A stretch of DNA of 64,000 nucleotides from NCBI RefSeq assembly GCF_964204645.1, contig NC_134033.1:3992231-4056230 (forward strand), written 5' to 3'. This DNA is from Tubulanus polymorphus (taxonomy: Eukaryota; Animalia; Nemertea). The notes beneath the pieces were generated by a model. It was not told the DNA's origin. It saw nothing but the letters and a program-made list of their open reading frames with translations, and made no database searches. The first letter of the stretch is position 1. Every line of letters begins with the position of its first letter. Position numbers and translations under genes: made by a program. Below, piece by piece: positions 37,959 through 52,311 of the stretch.

Positions 37959-38850
37959 GTATTCCATCAATTGTAGTGAGCAGTCCTGATTTATTATATA
38001 CTTGAATTAACGGGTTAGAGATGTTCCAATCTGATATTTTGTAAACTTGCCAGAGTAGCTTCGACTTCAAACTACTTTCAATTTCAATACGTGCTTTGTT
38101 AGTTTTAGTATAAAACGATGAAGGCGGATGTCCGGTTTGTTCTCGTATAAGAGCTATAGGTTCACTGGTGCTGTTCCATCCGTCGGAAATTTGAGGACGA
38201 GTTTTCATCGGATCCACGCCTGGTCTTAATCTGAAATCTATCTGTATAAACGTTAAATTCATTGCAAACCCGTCTGGCATCCCGATCCATTCTAACAACA
38301 ATTTACATCGGAGGGTAGAAATCATGAATTCATAACCTGTTTGAGTTGGTAATTCTTTTACTGCATGCTTGTGACATGTATATACAATTTTCAAGCGACT
38401 CTGTTCTTCAAACCGATATATGATGTTAACCCGACTACCTCGCGCTCCATCGACGTTACTCCTAAACAACAACGAAATCAAACCGTTACTGCGGATATCA
38501 AGTTGTTTTCTTCCGTTAGCGCAGAGTTTGTTGCCGGACTCACCGACTAGAAGGTAGTTTTCGTTACAGAATATCGACGGCTCGATGTCGTAGTAAACTT
38601 GAACGAGAAAACTTCCCGGTAAAGAGCTGTTGACGAACCAACGACATTCAACACCGCGCACTAACGACGGATAGTTCGGTGAAACGATGTAACCAGACGT
38701 AGAATCGACGGAGTATTGAGTGTTGTTACAAGACGAACTGACTGTAACAGACGCGGCTTCCTCGACAGAGTTTGCGCGATCAGCCCGCGTAAATATACAG
38801 TCTCCGCAAGCGATCAGTAAAACTACGAACAACGCTTTCATTCGCTGCAT
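37959..38850 (-). pseudogene. GPCR copy 3: 5' part of exon 1 only (signal peptide + CUB), truncated by an LTR
   Basis: Near-identical to exon 1 of the other copies up to ...LLTTIDGI, then runs into the LTR at 37958. The rest of the gene is absent on the other side of the element. Confidence 0.88.
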
Positions 38851-41807
38851 ATTGAACACAATTCACGCTTCAAAACAAACACATTTCTAACTATTTCTAA
38901 GTTTGCGCGACATTTCTCATAAGAGTGGCTGCAAAGTAATGACGAATTCGCAAATGTTTAAAGTTGACGAATTAATTGAGTCCAATTATTTTGTATAAAA
39001 ACTCTCCCATCAAACTGGCGCCAGTCTCGTATTTGTAAAACTTTCATCTGTTCTCGGTTTCGCTGTAATTACCGCGGTTTCTAAATTTAGACGTGCTTCA
39101 ATATATCGTGTCTATAATCGTGTGCGATTATTTCGCTAAAAATATTTACTGTCGCTCCCGAACTGCGTTTTGATAACCGAACCAGTTTTTGATAATGTTC
39201 GATGATATTTTCTATATTAACTTCAGAATATTCTGCGTCTCTGTAAAAGACTTCGTCAATATCTGTTTTGACAATTCACACTCTACAGTCAATATAATAA
39301 CTGAGTTGTAGCTAGATGAAGAGTATGGATATCTGATTGTGGCGGGTAAGGTCTTGTTCTGTGCAGACTTTTTGAGGAAACAACTCAATCCAAGTAAGAC
39401 GACGATGACAGCGGTAGAATAGAAACCGTGCTTATAACGAACCAACAAATACAGCAAATACCGATAACGTATTTCGGCGTTATAATCGGACTTCTAGAAA
39501 ACGGGTTGACGATATTTGAATATCTCTGACGCGTTAGAATTAAGAGAAAACTTAACAGTGGTAGAATAGAAACTGTGCTTATAACGAACCAACAAATACA
39601 GCAAATACCGATAACGTATTTCGGAGTTATAATTGGACTTGTAGAAAACGGGTTGACGATATTTGAATATCTCTAACGCGTTAGAATTAAGAGAAAAGTT
39701 AAAGTAGCCTATATTTATTCATCTTGACTTGAATTCATAAATACAAATAACAGTATTTCCTGCTTGGCTGCTGCTGTTGCTGCTGTTGCTGGTGCTAAGA
39801 CAGTTCTAGCAAGTTACAGAGAATGGGTATTTGATTTATTGAATGGATTGCATATTTCCTATGATGATATCATCTTAATTCATTTTATTTGATGAAATCA
39901 ATTGCAAATAGTTCTAAGATTCGTGCTTGATTTCAGTGACAATTCGAGTTATAGACAATGGAAATGTAATTAACAGATTGTATTGCAAAGTGATTTTTCT
40001 GCTAATTCAATTTTGAAAGGATTTAATTTACTGTATAGAAATATCATTTTAACGAGGACTGTTAGAGAATATCTGATATTAAATCTACTTCATATATTAG
40101 TTAGGTTTCTGAAGTTAAGATACTAACAGGGCCAGTCTGGTATTATCTAGCCAGTGGTGGTCGTGTCCATTGAACCTCATTATGACAAACTCCGTTCATA
40201 TTGTGGCCTGTTCTTGTCCTCGATCTTTGAAATCATGTAATACGTGTTCGATTTGAATTGAACCAATTCTGATGATTCATTCGTAACATACGTTGAATTC
40301 ACTATACACGCGCATATATGTCCAGTCCTTATGTGAGGTTACGTAAGTGAAAAGGGAGATCTATAAGTTTTTTTCCACTAATTTAGAGACTAATTTGCGA
40401 AGTTGCCGAGGAATGCTTTCGACAATTCACATCTCGTGTAAAATTAGTCTACTTGACTCCCTATCTCTGGGATCTCACTCGGGCATCCAACCTAAACTTA
40501 AACATTGATTCTTCCAGTCGGAACTGAAATATGAAATTGTTGTTTTTCAGATTAGCCATTCCTCACTCAGGACCTGATTGCTGCCAATACCAGACTCCAG
40601 GCTTTTCTAAAAAATCCATGATGCTTCACACATAAATTGGTGGTGAGTAGATTTGTGGGTTTTTGATAATGGATATAACAGATTACAATGTGCATGTATC
40701 GAGTCAAATTTAAAATTATTATTGAGATCAATACTGTTTTTCAGATATGCTCTACTTCCTCGGGACCTGATTGCTGTCAGTGCGTGCTGGACTTAACCAA
40801 CAAGACGGGACATATTTTAGTGCTGTAACTTGGGTGTCAAATCTCCCAATGAAACGATAACTGATCGTTATAATCCATGAAGTTCCACTCATGAATTGGT
40901 GAGAAGACATTTTAATTCCAATTCTAAATGTCAAACTTAAGTTAGGTCGGATTCAAGCTGATTCAAGTCAAATTAAACACCTTAGTTGCTTTTTCAGAGA
41001 AGATCTTCCTGAGCAGGATCTGATTGTTGAATAAACCGACAAATACACTTTCCAGATTCCAGAACTTCCTCACTTCATCAGGACCTGATTGCACCAAGTG
41101 TGTGCCGACAAAAACAACCTGATCTGATAGAGGACTCATGTGAGCTGAATGATAAATCTCTTCGAGGAAAAGATAATCGAAAACTGCTCACATAAATCGG
41201 TGAGTAGAAATTATAAATTATTTCTCTCTAGGAAACTGAGGTTAGGTTTAATCTTAGGGTATTTCGTGTTCACTCACGCGTGACGAGGGTTGATATACAA
41301 ACTACCATCGTCACTAATTGAATCATCCAAGAGAACTTCAAATATTTGTTTTTTTAAATGATGCCCTTTCGCCATTTTCTCGGGACATGTTTGCTACCGT
41401 TTCGATTAAACCAACCCAAATCGCGACCGGAAGACTCAAACTCTTCCGGAATAAACTAAGGAGCTCAACACGTCACATGGATCATGGCGAGTAGACATTT
41501 TGTGGAGTCGAAATATCTAATCACCATGATTTAATTTCAATACACTGCAGAGCTGTATGATATTGTATAAAAACTTATGTTTCAAAAAATGAGCGAAAAT
41601 TTATCGCAACAATGAGGACCTCGACGGACCGCCACGAAATGACAACTAGAAACTGGAAACTTCTTTATTGTGAATGACACAATAAAAAAATTAAACTAAT
41701 TCGGTCATGCGATTTCAAACGAACTCAACTAAGTTTTAGGATTTCGAGTTTCAACCCCAATTTATAGATAGGCAAACATTATACAGGGACTCTTGTCAAA
41801 CTGTTGT

Positions 41808-44800
41808 TTATTTACTGGATGTCGTCAATCCTAGTCGTCGTTTATTGCGTTCACGAATAGATTTCATATCGATAGTAAGTATTGTATAAAGAAGCGGATT
41901 CAGAGACGAGTTGATCGGTAAAAATAGAACGGCCAGCCAAGCGGCCATCTGGTTCGGTATCTCGACCGAAAATACGGCGCAAAACTGAACGATTATTATC
42001 GGTAGCCAGCAAAATAAATTACAAAGATTGATTACTAAACTCCTTCGAGCTAAAACCAGTTCGGTAGGATCGGCTCTACCCGAGCCCGACCTACTTCCAG
42101 ATACGAGTCTATACATCTGAGCGTACGTCGTCATTATCGTAGCCAATATGGCCGCATTAAACAAGGCAAAAATAGCGAATGAATAGTGCCAGCCATCGAC
42201 GTCGATCGTCAGTAAATTCATAGGCAAACAAACTCCGGTTGTACCGTAAAAATTGTCTCCGAAGTAAGACGACGATGACAGCGGTAGAATAGAAACTGTG
42301 CTTATAACGAGCCAACAAAAGCAGCAAATACCGATAACGTATTTCGGAGTTATAATCGGACTTCTAGAAAATGGGTTGACGATATTTGAATATCTCTGAC
42401 GCGTTAGAATTAAGAGAAAAGTCAAGGAACCTTCGCACGAAACGGTGACAATAACCCCGGCGAGACGACATAATGAGCTATCCGTCCAGGTTTCAGAATT
42501 CAGATAATAAACGCCTTTGAACACGTGGTCAGCTCCTGCGATCAGAAACAAATAGACCGACATCAGAATATCACAACCGGCAATATTTATGATGAGGATA
42601 TCTGAAGATGTGTTACGTGTTCCTGAGGATTCCATCCGCAAAGCTTGAACGCGAAATACAATAACGATACTGTTAGCGAAAAAACTGAAAGATGCGATCA
42701 TCCAGATGATGGCTCTCAGTACAGCGTTACCCATCAGGTCAGAGCAGGTCGAAAATTGATCAGCTTCGGGAAGACATCGGTCAACATTCGGTGCCATGCA
42801 GCAAAATTTGAAAGCATCCGAAGCGAGGTATTTCAATGACGTAAGATCGCCAAGGACGTTTCTTTGTACGGATATTATTTCAAAATTGTTGACAAGGTCT
42901 AGAATTTCAAGTCGAGCCAATCCAGAAAATGCATAGCTAGAAATATAATGGATTCTGTTACTGCTGATATTTAACGACTGTAATGCGGATAAACCTTTAA
43001 ATACATTTTCACCGAGAACCGATATAGAAAGTCCGTGAAGATCGAGAACAGTAAGTGACGTCAGACCTCGAAAACTACCGTCTTCTAAATGTTGGAGTGG
43101 ATTTCCGATAAGAAATAGTTCTTTTAAAACGACCAAACCTACGAATGTATTAGCAGATAATGATGTAATGCGGTTGTGTGTAAGGTCTAATGCGTATAGA
43201 TTATTTAGATTAGAAAACGCGTTTGGAACGATGTAAGACAAATTATTGCACGAAATATCGAGAAAACGAAGATAAATGAAAGAGTTGAACGTCGACTCGT
43301 TAAATACGACTCGGTTATTCGACAGAATCAAAACCCGAGTTGATTCTATAAAACGACCAGTAATATCTGATAAAAGGAGATTTTCACAATCGATGAAATG
43401 ACCCCGGCAATTACAACGTTCAGGACACGTGACCTTACAGTATGACTCGTCATCTGAGTTATGTTTACAATTTACGACTCCGTCGCAAACTTCAGATTGC
43501 GGAATACATCGGTTTTCCTGGCCACATTTAAACATTCCCGGACACGACCAAGTCTCGCAGTTTCGTTCATCTTCAGAATTAGGACAATCGGATCGACCGT
43601 CACAAACGTGTCTGATCGGTATACAGTAAGATGCCGGACATTTTACAGTACCAGCCGCGCATTCGAAGTCATTACACGCGAGTATATGTTCAAGATTTCT
43701 ACATACCGGGAAACCAATCGGCATCCTTTCTAAAATACACCTTTCGTGTCGGGAATAACAGCGAGGAGAATTGAACGAACATCTTTGTTCATCCGATTCC
43801 TTACACAGATCTGTGAAACGAGTCGAACATTGATTGTCATTATTACAGTAAACCTCGGGATTCACTGTCATATTAGTGACCAATTCGTCTTCTTCGAGAC
43901 TTCCGCTACAATCCACGGCACCATCCCGATACATCTGAGAACTAATACATTCACCGTCCGCGCACGAGAACCCCTGACAAAGTTCGCCAGTGCATCCGAT
44001 TTCATCGGAGCCGTCTTTACAGTTGGCTAGTCCGTCACATCGTTTATAACTATCGATGCATTGGTGATTGGAACAGCGATATCGCGTAGATAAACACGGT
44101 GGATGATAGCACGAGTTCTCATCCGAGCCATCGACGCAATCTCTCATAAAGTCACAGAAACCGCTTATCGATATAACCTGTCCATCGTTACAGCGGAACT
44201 GACTGTGTAAATTGATATCCGTACAATCGAGTTCATCTTCACCGTGTTGACAGTCGTGTCTGGTATCACATACGCGATGGTCGCTGATACATCTTTGATC
44301 GTTACATTCAAACTGCCACGATTTACAACCGCTTATAGAAGCTGACTCTTCACCAGTTACATTATAGGTACATAACACGGAATGCGCTTTATCTTTTGTA
44401 TTATCGAAAGGTTTCAATAACCATTTAAGCGATTGAATATAAGTAATTTCATTTTTGGTCACCAGTGGTTTGATAACTTTAAATGCGTCGCGGTCCATTG
44501 TCAGTATAGCGCCATATTGATGGCGATATTGAAATTTGTTGATCAAATTTTTCATATCACTTTCTATATTTAAGTTGATTCTTACTATTTCGGCGCGGAT
44601 GCTGTGACACATTTCTCTGGCACTCCGAATATTCAAACCTCGATTGTTTTTCCAGTCGGTTAATATTTGATAACATTGTCCAGAATTAGTTACCCAACCT
44701 CTTGGACAGGTTGAATTAATTAAAGTAACATCGGGATTCATTTGATCTATGGTTTTATTTAGTTCTGTATTTGTTGAATTGTTCGCATCGTTTATCGTTG

Positions 44801-47800
44801 AATTGTGTTTGTTTTTGATGTCGATTCTCTCAGATTCACAAATGAATGTCGTGTGCGTCTCCTCGATTTGACACGGGAATCGAACCCAGTTCGCTGATCC
44901 TCGTGGATTATTCAGTATCATCGCCGTACACGGCATATTGACGTCATTTATCGGTTGTTTTCTTAGCGGAGATATCAATCCTCGAATAACTTCTGGTATC
45001 GTTTCATTAATAACAGGTTTATACCACTCTGCGTAGCTCAATGGTTTACCGTCAGTCCACGTGTAATAACCATCATTCTGTTTCGTGAAGAAAATGAAAT
45101 ATATTATAATCTTTAAAAATCATCCTATTCTAATTCATATTTGTATACATTATTCTTACCTTCCATTTCAATCCAATCATGATTATGAGTGCTTTTAATG
45201 AGTACGCCATTCGGAGAAGTTCTGCCGCGAATAATCTTTTGATGGAAATCATTTCCTGTTCTGAGTTGATACTGAGTAGATGTCCCTCGTACTTCTGTCT
45301 ACAGTATATTTCAGCGTTCTCCCAATTCAGACGTTCATCTCTGATGAATTTGATGCAGGAAATTTCGGAATCCAGAAATCCTTGTTTACAGTAGAAATCA
45401 TCGAAATGTTTAATCGGTAACGACTCTTGTAAAGTGTATTGTATTTGAAAGGTTGGGATATTATTCCTTACTTCAAAACGCAGAGTATTATCCGTTAAAG
45501 TATAAAAAATAAGTCCACGAACCGCGTTATTTTCACATATTAAAGTTTCGTGTTGGGTCCTAATAATTTTGAACAGTTTTCCATTTTGGAAGAGGGAGTA
45601 CTTTATCAGCTGTATAAAAATGATTGGATCATTCCCGCGTATGTTGTTTGTTTCACATGAAACTGATCCAATAAATTTGACAATAAATCTGTAATATTGA
45701 AATATATTTTGTTCTAAAGGGTTTTCAAATTTATATGAAATAGATTCTGATGTAAGTCCTGCCCGACCTGGATAGTTCGGTGACTGCACGAGTCCACATT
45801 TATCTTTAGTAGTAACTGGAAGACGGGAACCGGCAAATCCAAAACTATGCGCTTTTTTCACTCCTAGACATTCACGACGTAGTTTTAATATTAGTGGATA
45901 CTGCCAGAACCAAAACCCATCACCTGTGAAATCTACAGTGTTTAATACGAGACTGTTATTAAGAAACTGATTACTCAAACTCAGAAACTGATCACATAAT
46001 AATGTCATCTTGAGAAAACATCGGTCAATTTGATATTCGTGTTCTGATAATATGTGAATACTTTTCAAGCGAAGGCGTCGATTTTCAGGTGTAATCACGA
46101 GACATTGTGACGTCATATTGATCTGACGTTCTTCTTCCTGTAGAACATAACCATCACAATCAGTAGGAGCAAATCTAAGAATTGAGTTGCCGGTGTAACC
46201 AACTGTTAACTGATTGTTATAGTAATAAGCGTATGCTACTACAGTAACCGGTCCACCTGATGTAATCAAGCTGACGACAGATCGACCGTAGTATGAACCA
46301 GGACAATACGGACCATAGCGTCTAGCAGTGAAATTACTTCCATCAAATATATAAAAACCAGCTCGATCACAGTTTTCTGATAGCACTGTTAGTGTCAACT
46401 GTTCTTCATAGATGTTCACTTTCCAGTTTAGTTGTAATGTAGTTACACGATACAATGTATTCTTTGATCTCGGGAACAATCGATTAGCTGATATTGAGTT
46501 TCTGGATAAATGCTGAAATATAAGAGAATTGATTACAACATTGAACGTTTACAATACAACAATTTCAAACTCTGTACGACCTCGATATATTGATAATAGT
46601 TCAAAATGTTGCAATCAAATCTTAACTTAAATTCTTCCACAAATCATCATAATTACTCTGCGTAAACAACAAGTGCGTCCAACTATATTGAAATTTGGAT
46701 CACACATAACGTTGTTATTCCAAGTTTCTCGGCAATGTTTCCCTGGTCAAAATCGCCATCAAAATCATAGATAATTACCATAATTCTATTACATGAACAT
46801 AATTTACAAATCATTGTTATACACTTACCGATATCCTTGGTTTGTTGACGTAGACGTCTGATATTGTCATTGATTTCATTTCAAATTCTATTTTCAAATT
46901 CGATCTTAAAAAATCCGATGTCGTTAAAACGCACAGAATGACGAGAAATCCGTCTGATTTTACACTCAGAGATTTAAGATGGTTAAAACTGAGTAAAATA
47001 TCAGTTCTCACAATACGTAACCCTTCCCGTGTATATACACCAACGACACCTGGTGACGAGACGAGATCACGTGTCCAGCTGAAGACGACGTACTGCAGAA
47101 CATCGACTGTGATAGACCAGCAGTATAAGTGTTTAGTCTGAGTTACTATATGTGGTATTCCATCAATTGTAGTGAGCAGTCCTGATTTATTATAGACTTG
47201 AATTAACGGGTTAGAGATGTTCCAATCTGATAATTTGTAAACTTGCACGAGTAACTGCGACTTAAAAAGTGGGTTTCTATTTGAAATAATTTCAATACGT
47301 GCTTTATTAGTTTTAGTATAAAACGATGAAGGTGGATGTCCGGTTTGTTCTCGTATAAGAGCTATAGGTTCACTGGTGCTGTTCCATCCGTCGTTAATTT
47401 GAGGACGAGTTTTCATCGGATCCTCACCTGGATATAATCTGAAATCTATCTGTATAAACGTTAGATTCATTGCAAACCCGTCTGACATCCCGATCCATTC
47501 TAACAACAATTTACATCGGAGGGTAGAAATCATGAATTCATAACCTGTTTGAGTTGGTAATTCTTTCACTGCATGCTTGTGACATGTATGTAAGATTTTC
47601 AAGCGACTCTGTTCTTCAAAACGATATATGATATAAACCCGACTACCTCGCGCTCCATCGACGTTACTCCTAAACAACAACGAAATCAAATCGTTACTGC
47701 GGATATCTAGTTGTTTTCTTCCGGTAGCGCAGAGTTTGTTGTCGGACTCACCGACGAGAAGGTAGTTTTCGTTACAGAATATCGACGGCTCGATGTCGTA

Positions 47801-48058
47801 GTAAACTTGAACGAGAAAACTTCCCGGTAAAGAGCTGTTGACGAACCAACGACATTCAACACCGCGCACTAACGACGGATAGTTCGGTGAAACGATGTAA
47901 CCAGACGTAGAATCGACGGAGTATTGAGTGTTGTTACAAGATGAACTGACTGTAACAGACGCGGCTTCCTCGACAGAGTTTGCGCGATCAGCCCGCGTAA
48001 ATATACAGTCTCCGCAAGCGATCAGTAAAACTACGAACAACGCTTTCATTCGCTGCAT
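41808..48058 (-). CDS. GRL101/RXFP-like CUB-CTL-LDLa-LRR GPCR, copy 4 (~1950 aa)
   Basis: Exons 48058-46829, 46512-45160 and 45077-41808; canonical phase-0 GT-AG introns of 316 and 82 nt; same domains as copy 2; alternative C-tail RERNKRRLGLTTSSK. Confidence 0.92.
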
Positions 48059-49053
48059 ATTGAACACAATTCACGCTTCAAAACAAACACATTTCTAACT
48101 ATTTCCAAGTTTGCGCGATATTTCTCATAAGAGTCGCTGCAAAGGAATGACGAGTTGTCAGAATGTCAGAAGTTGACGAATTGATCGAGTCTAATTATTT
48201 TGTAAAAAGATCTCCCATCAAACTGGCGCCAGTCTCGTATTTCTCGTTACTTTCACCTGCGCTCGGTTTCGCTGTAATTACCGCGAAATCTAAATTTAAA
48301 CATGTTTAAATATATATCGTGTTTATAATCATGTGCAATTATTTCTCTAAAAATATTTACTGTCGCTCCCGAACTGCGTTCAGTTTGTGATAATATTCGA
48401 TAACATTTTCTATCTTTACCTCAAAATATTCTGCGTCTCTGTAAAACACTTCGTCAATATCTGTTTGGACTAAATTCGCTCTACACTCAATATAATAACT
48501 GAGTTGAAGCTAAGTGAAGCGCGTGGATATCTGATTGTGGTGAGTAATAGGTCTTGTTCGGTACAGATTGTTTTGAAGAAACAACAGCAACCAAGTAAGA
48601 CGGGGATGACAGCGGTAGAATAGAAACAGAGAAATGTTAGGAATCTTTAGTTAGGAAACTGTTGCAATAACCCCGGCGAGAATCCGACTCGCGCACTCTG
48701 ATTCGGTCCGTTCTAAATTTGTCCCGTTCCGGACCCGGACCCGTTTAGAACGGTCTAACTGGTTCGTAGTGTGAACGCGACGAAATTCCAACCAATAATA
48801 AATGAGGTGAATTGATAATTCCGAAACTTCTGATCATCATTTAAAAACGTTTAATTTGACTCAATTTAGATTAGTCCAATCTAGCAGAGAGGCAGCTGTG
48901 ATGAAGTCTTGTTAACCTGTCGCGAAAAAGACTCCATTAGAACGATAACCGCACTTAAACGTGATGAACGGATAATAAGATAAAAACCCACTATCTACAG
49001 ATTAAAAGATTTTAAAAACAAGAATTTATTCATTAAATCTAAAATATATATAA

Positions 49054-49097
49054 GACACGACGTTTCGATCTCACCCTAGAGATTATCGTCAGGTGTG
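49054..49097 (-). ncRNA. Minimal type I hammerhead ribozyme motif (Penelope-like pLTR relic), probably degenerate
   Basis: Minus strand acac-CTGACGA-t-aATCTC-tagggt-GAGATc-GAAAC-GTC-gtgt: conserved core, stem II, palindromic mini stem III, GUC site and stem I acac/gtgt; AATAAA downstream. Confidence 0.65.
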
Positions 49098-49373
49098 AGA
49101 TTTAGACTAAAAACAGGGGTATATATATAGACGAGGACAGGTTAATTGAGTAAATTGGCGAGTGAGTAAATAATTAGTGTTTGGCAAGACTCTATTATTG
49201 GTCTAGTTGCTGTACTGGTGACTGGTACGTGTTTACAATGTCGGCAACGATTCAAACTGAACCGCTTTGTAAGCTTTAACTTCGATACCCGACGCCGATG
49301 TCAAGCCGGCAAAATGTAAAGATCGACTTTGAAGGTTCACTATGTATTATTCAGAGTAAGACTTTCGCTACTT

Positions 49374-49541
49374 CAGTGGAATCTCGTTACAGCGAACTTC
49401 ACGGGACCAGAAAATCTGTTCCTTATACTCGATTCTTCGTTATATCCAGTATGAAGTGAATTTTCTTACTCGGCACACAATTTCATATTTGTTATATCCG
49501 ATGAATCGTTATATCCGAGTTCGTTATAACGATGTTCCACT
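49374..49541. mobile_element. Short Tc1/mariner(pogo/Tigger)-like MITE
   Basis: TIRs cagtggaatctcgttacagcgaac / gttcgttataacgatgttccact. Related shorter copies at ~19625-19720 and ~62170-62267. Confidence 0.6.
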
Positions 49542-50952
49542 TTGAGTTTGAATTTTTTTGAAAGGGATTGAACCAAAATATTCAGTTAACGAAACTGCGT
49601 CCTACATAAAACTTAAAGATGGAGCATCCATTCGGCACCTACCCGTAAAAGTGGTTGATATGGAAAAACTATTTCCGTCATTCTCGAGGATCGTACCGAA
49701 GCATTATCTATAGGCTAACTCTGCAAACTGTTAGTTGATAAACCCACGCATAGTAAGAAAAGAGACGTTTCGACAATTCTGTGAGCCATTAAAAACAAAT
49801 TTCAAATTGTTTATTTTCCAGAATAAGTGGATAGATGGAGAGTTAGTGTTCTTTTCTGATAACTGATTAAGCGTGATTAACGAAAGTACCTGTCAATCCA
49901 ACTGTATCGTGACCGGAATTAAACTAGGACAAATAGTCATAAACTATATACCTGTATAGCGAGCAACGCTCCAATATACTCGAATATAGTCAACTTTCGA
50001 AATTAAATCTGATAAAGGGGTTAATATGAATAAATTGTGAGAGAAATAAATCTACTATTCTGTTTAAATCATATATTGCGTGGTATATCCGTTGAGAGTC
50101 TGTCTCATCGGTAGCGATCATATTACCCAAGTGCATACCAGTTTTTGATACTTTGATAATATGACCTCGAAATAAAACATTTGATTTTCAAGGATTTAAT
50201 CATGCCAGGGAAGAGCAAGTAGATAAAATAGTGAATATATATAGTCTATTAAGCATTAAATTTGAAATCGTATTCTATTGAAAATTGATTGCATATTTCA
50301 ATCATGATATTCAATGCTTATGATATTTTGCATGAGGTATATTGCACTTTATTTTACGTGGCAATTTCGTTAACCCGAATCGGTCACCATAGGGTTCGGC
50401 GGAGGCTGAAAAATAATTTCATCCGGTGGCACATTTAGTAAAGTAGTATAGTATTTATTTTTCATTAGGTCGTTACATTATTACATTATTGATATCGCAT
50501 GATATACAGTGACAAAAATGTAACAAGAAAATGTGGGCTACACGAAGAGATCACAAAGATCTATCGGAGCCGTGCCGCCCTGAAAAAAAAATCAAACCAA
50601 TCATTCTTACACACACGCTCACACTACATCAGTGAATACAAATTAATAAGTCGTCATCTATGTAATCGTCAATTTCAATTGCACTAGACAGTAAAGGGCT
50701 CACCGAGCCCCTTAAATCCACACCTGAAGTAAATACTATTGCATTTAACAAACAATCTACAATGAATCTAATAGCTACGAAAATAACACTATTTCATATG
50801 AATTGTTCAGATAAAGTAGTGACAAAAAAACTGAATGGACCACGGGCCCAAAGGTCGTCGTTAATATCTGTCCTTTGTTCTTTTGATTCATTACTAGAGT
50901 TTGGTGTGCGACCATGAACATTAAAACGATTCGTTTAAAAGCTCCTTTATTG

Positions 50953-51184
50953 CTACTGAAGTGTTCTACTTTTTTGTTGACGTTTATATCTCGTTCTAAT
51001 TGATTTCATATCGATAGTCAGTATGGTATAAAGAAGCGGATTCAGAGACGAGTTGATCGGTAAAAATAGAACGGCCAGCCAAGCGGCCACCTGGTTCGGT
51101 ATCTCGACCGAAAATACGGCGCAAAACTGAACGATTATTATCGGTAGCCAGCAAAATAGATTACAAAGATTGATTACTAAACTC
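50953..51184 (-). pseudogene. GPCR copy 5: TM6-TM7 and C-tail fragment (with 3' flank back to ~49540)
   Basis: SLVINLCNLFCWLP...NPLLYTILTIDMKSIRTRYKRQQK; homology stops abruptly at the LTR-like insert starting 51187. Confidence 0.88.
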
Positions 51185-51186
51185 TT

Positions 51187-52311
51187 TGTAACACTGACCA
51201 AGTAGAAGATGAGTACCACGTATTGCAATGCTTACAGTGCCCTGAGAAGCAATGTTCTTTCGAACTATTATGTTCACCATCCATCTGTCTTCAAATTTAT
51301 TAACTTATTATCTTCCAACTCTCCTGCCACCATTATAAAACTAGGCAAGTGTTTATATCAATTATTTAAAAGAAGAAAATTGCTACTCAGGGACGATAAT
51401 CTCTAAATCGCATAAACCGTCATGGGAGATATTGTTGTTTTGCTTTATCCCGTATTGTAATAAAATTAGTATAACTGTTATAGACTGATCTTAAGAATGA
51501 TAATGGATCATAATGAAGTTCCGAAGCAAAAGTACTTTAAATAATTCAAAAAAGAAACAATGAGCATTACCGTAATTTGAGACGAATACTAAAGTTTTAA
51601 AAATATATTTAATTTGAGTATCCTGGATGTTGATTAAGAACAAAGTCTCTATAATCGCTAAAGTTTTATGAAAATTAATTTGTGTTAAATGATAATACTA
51701 GCTCTCTAAAGTTTCTCTTGTTGTATACGTCTGTTGGTAACTCGCAGAGAATAGCTGTTCTCTCAACGATGATAAGCAAGGAGTGAGTAAATCATTCCGC
51801 GTCATGACAGGAGGGTTGGAAAGAAAAAGTTAGTTTAGCAAATCAGCTTCCCAAATAAATTAAGATTAGCGAATCATTAGGGCTAAATTCTACATGACCA
51901 AAGCAGTCATGACAGTTAGGTTGCTGCTCCTTGCCAAAAGTCGAGTGGGAGAGTCGGTATTTTACGAATGCCGATTCTTTCTATAAAAGGGATCCGCAGT
52001 CTTGGGAGAGCAGACACTCGATAGAGATTCGATAGATACTTGATAGAAGCTTGTTTGGGACTTGATTCAGGACAGTTACCAGCAGGAGAGTCCAATAGGA
52101 ACTTAGAGTTAGGAACTGGACTGTGTTTTAACTGGAAAGCTTAGATTAATTATAAAGGTAAATACAATTCGTTTTACTATCATTATATTCATTCAAATTT
52201 TCGGCATTCTAGTTTTTTCTTGGGTTTGTGCACGGACACATTCTCTCGACAGGGACCTATCATCGCTTTTATTAAACAACGGCTAAGGAGAGGATTGTGA
52301 CCGATGTATCA
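51187..52311 (+). mobile_element. Probable solo LTR (~1.1 kb)
   Basis: TGTAACA...TGTATCA termini, TATA box (ctataaaagg, ~51981) and ATTAAA (~52271). Both boundaries coincide with breaks in homology to the repeat unit; no TSD. Confidence 0.6.
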
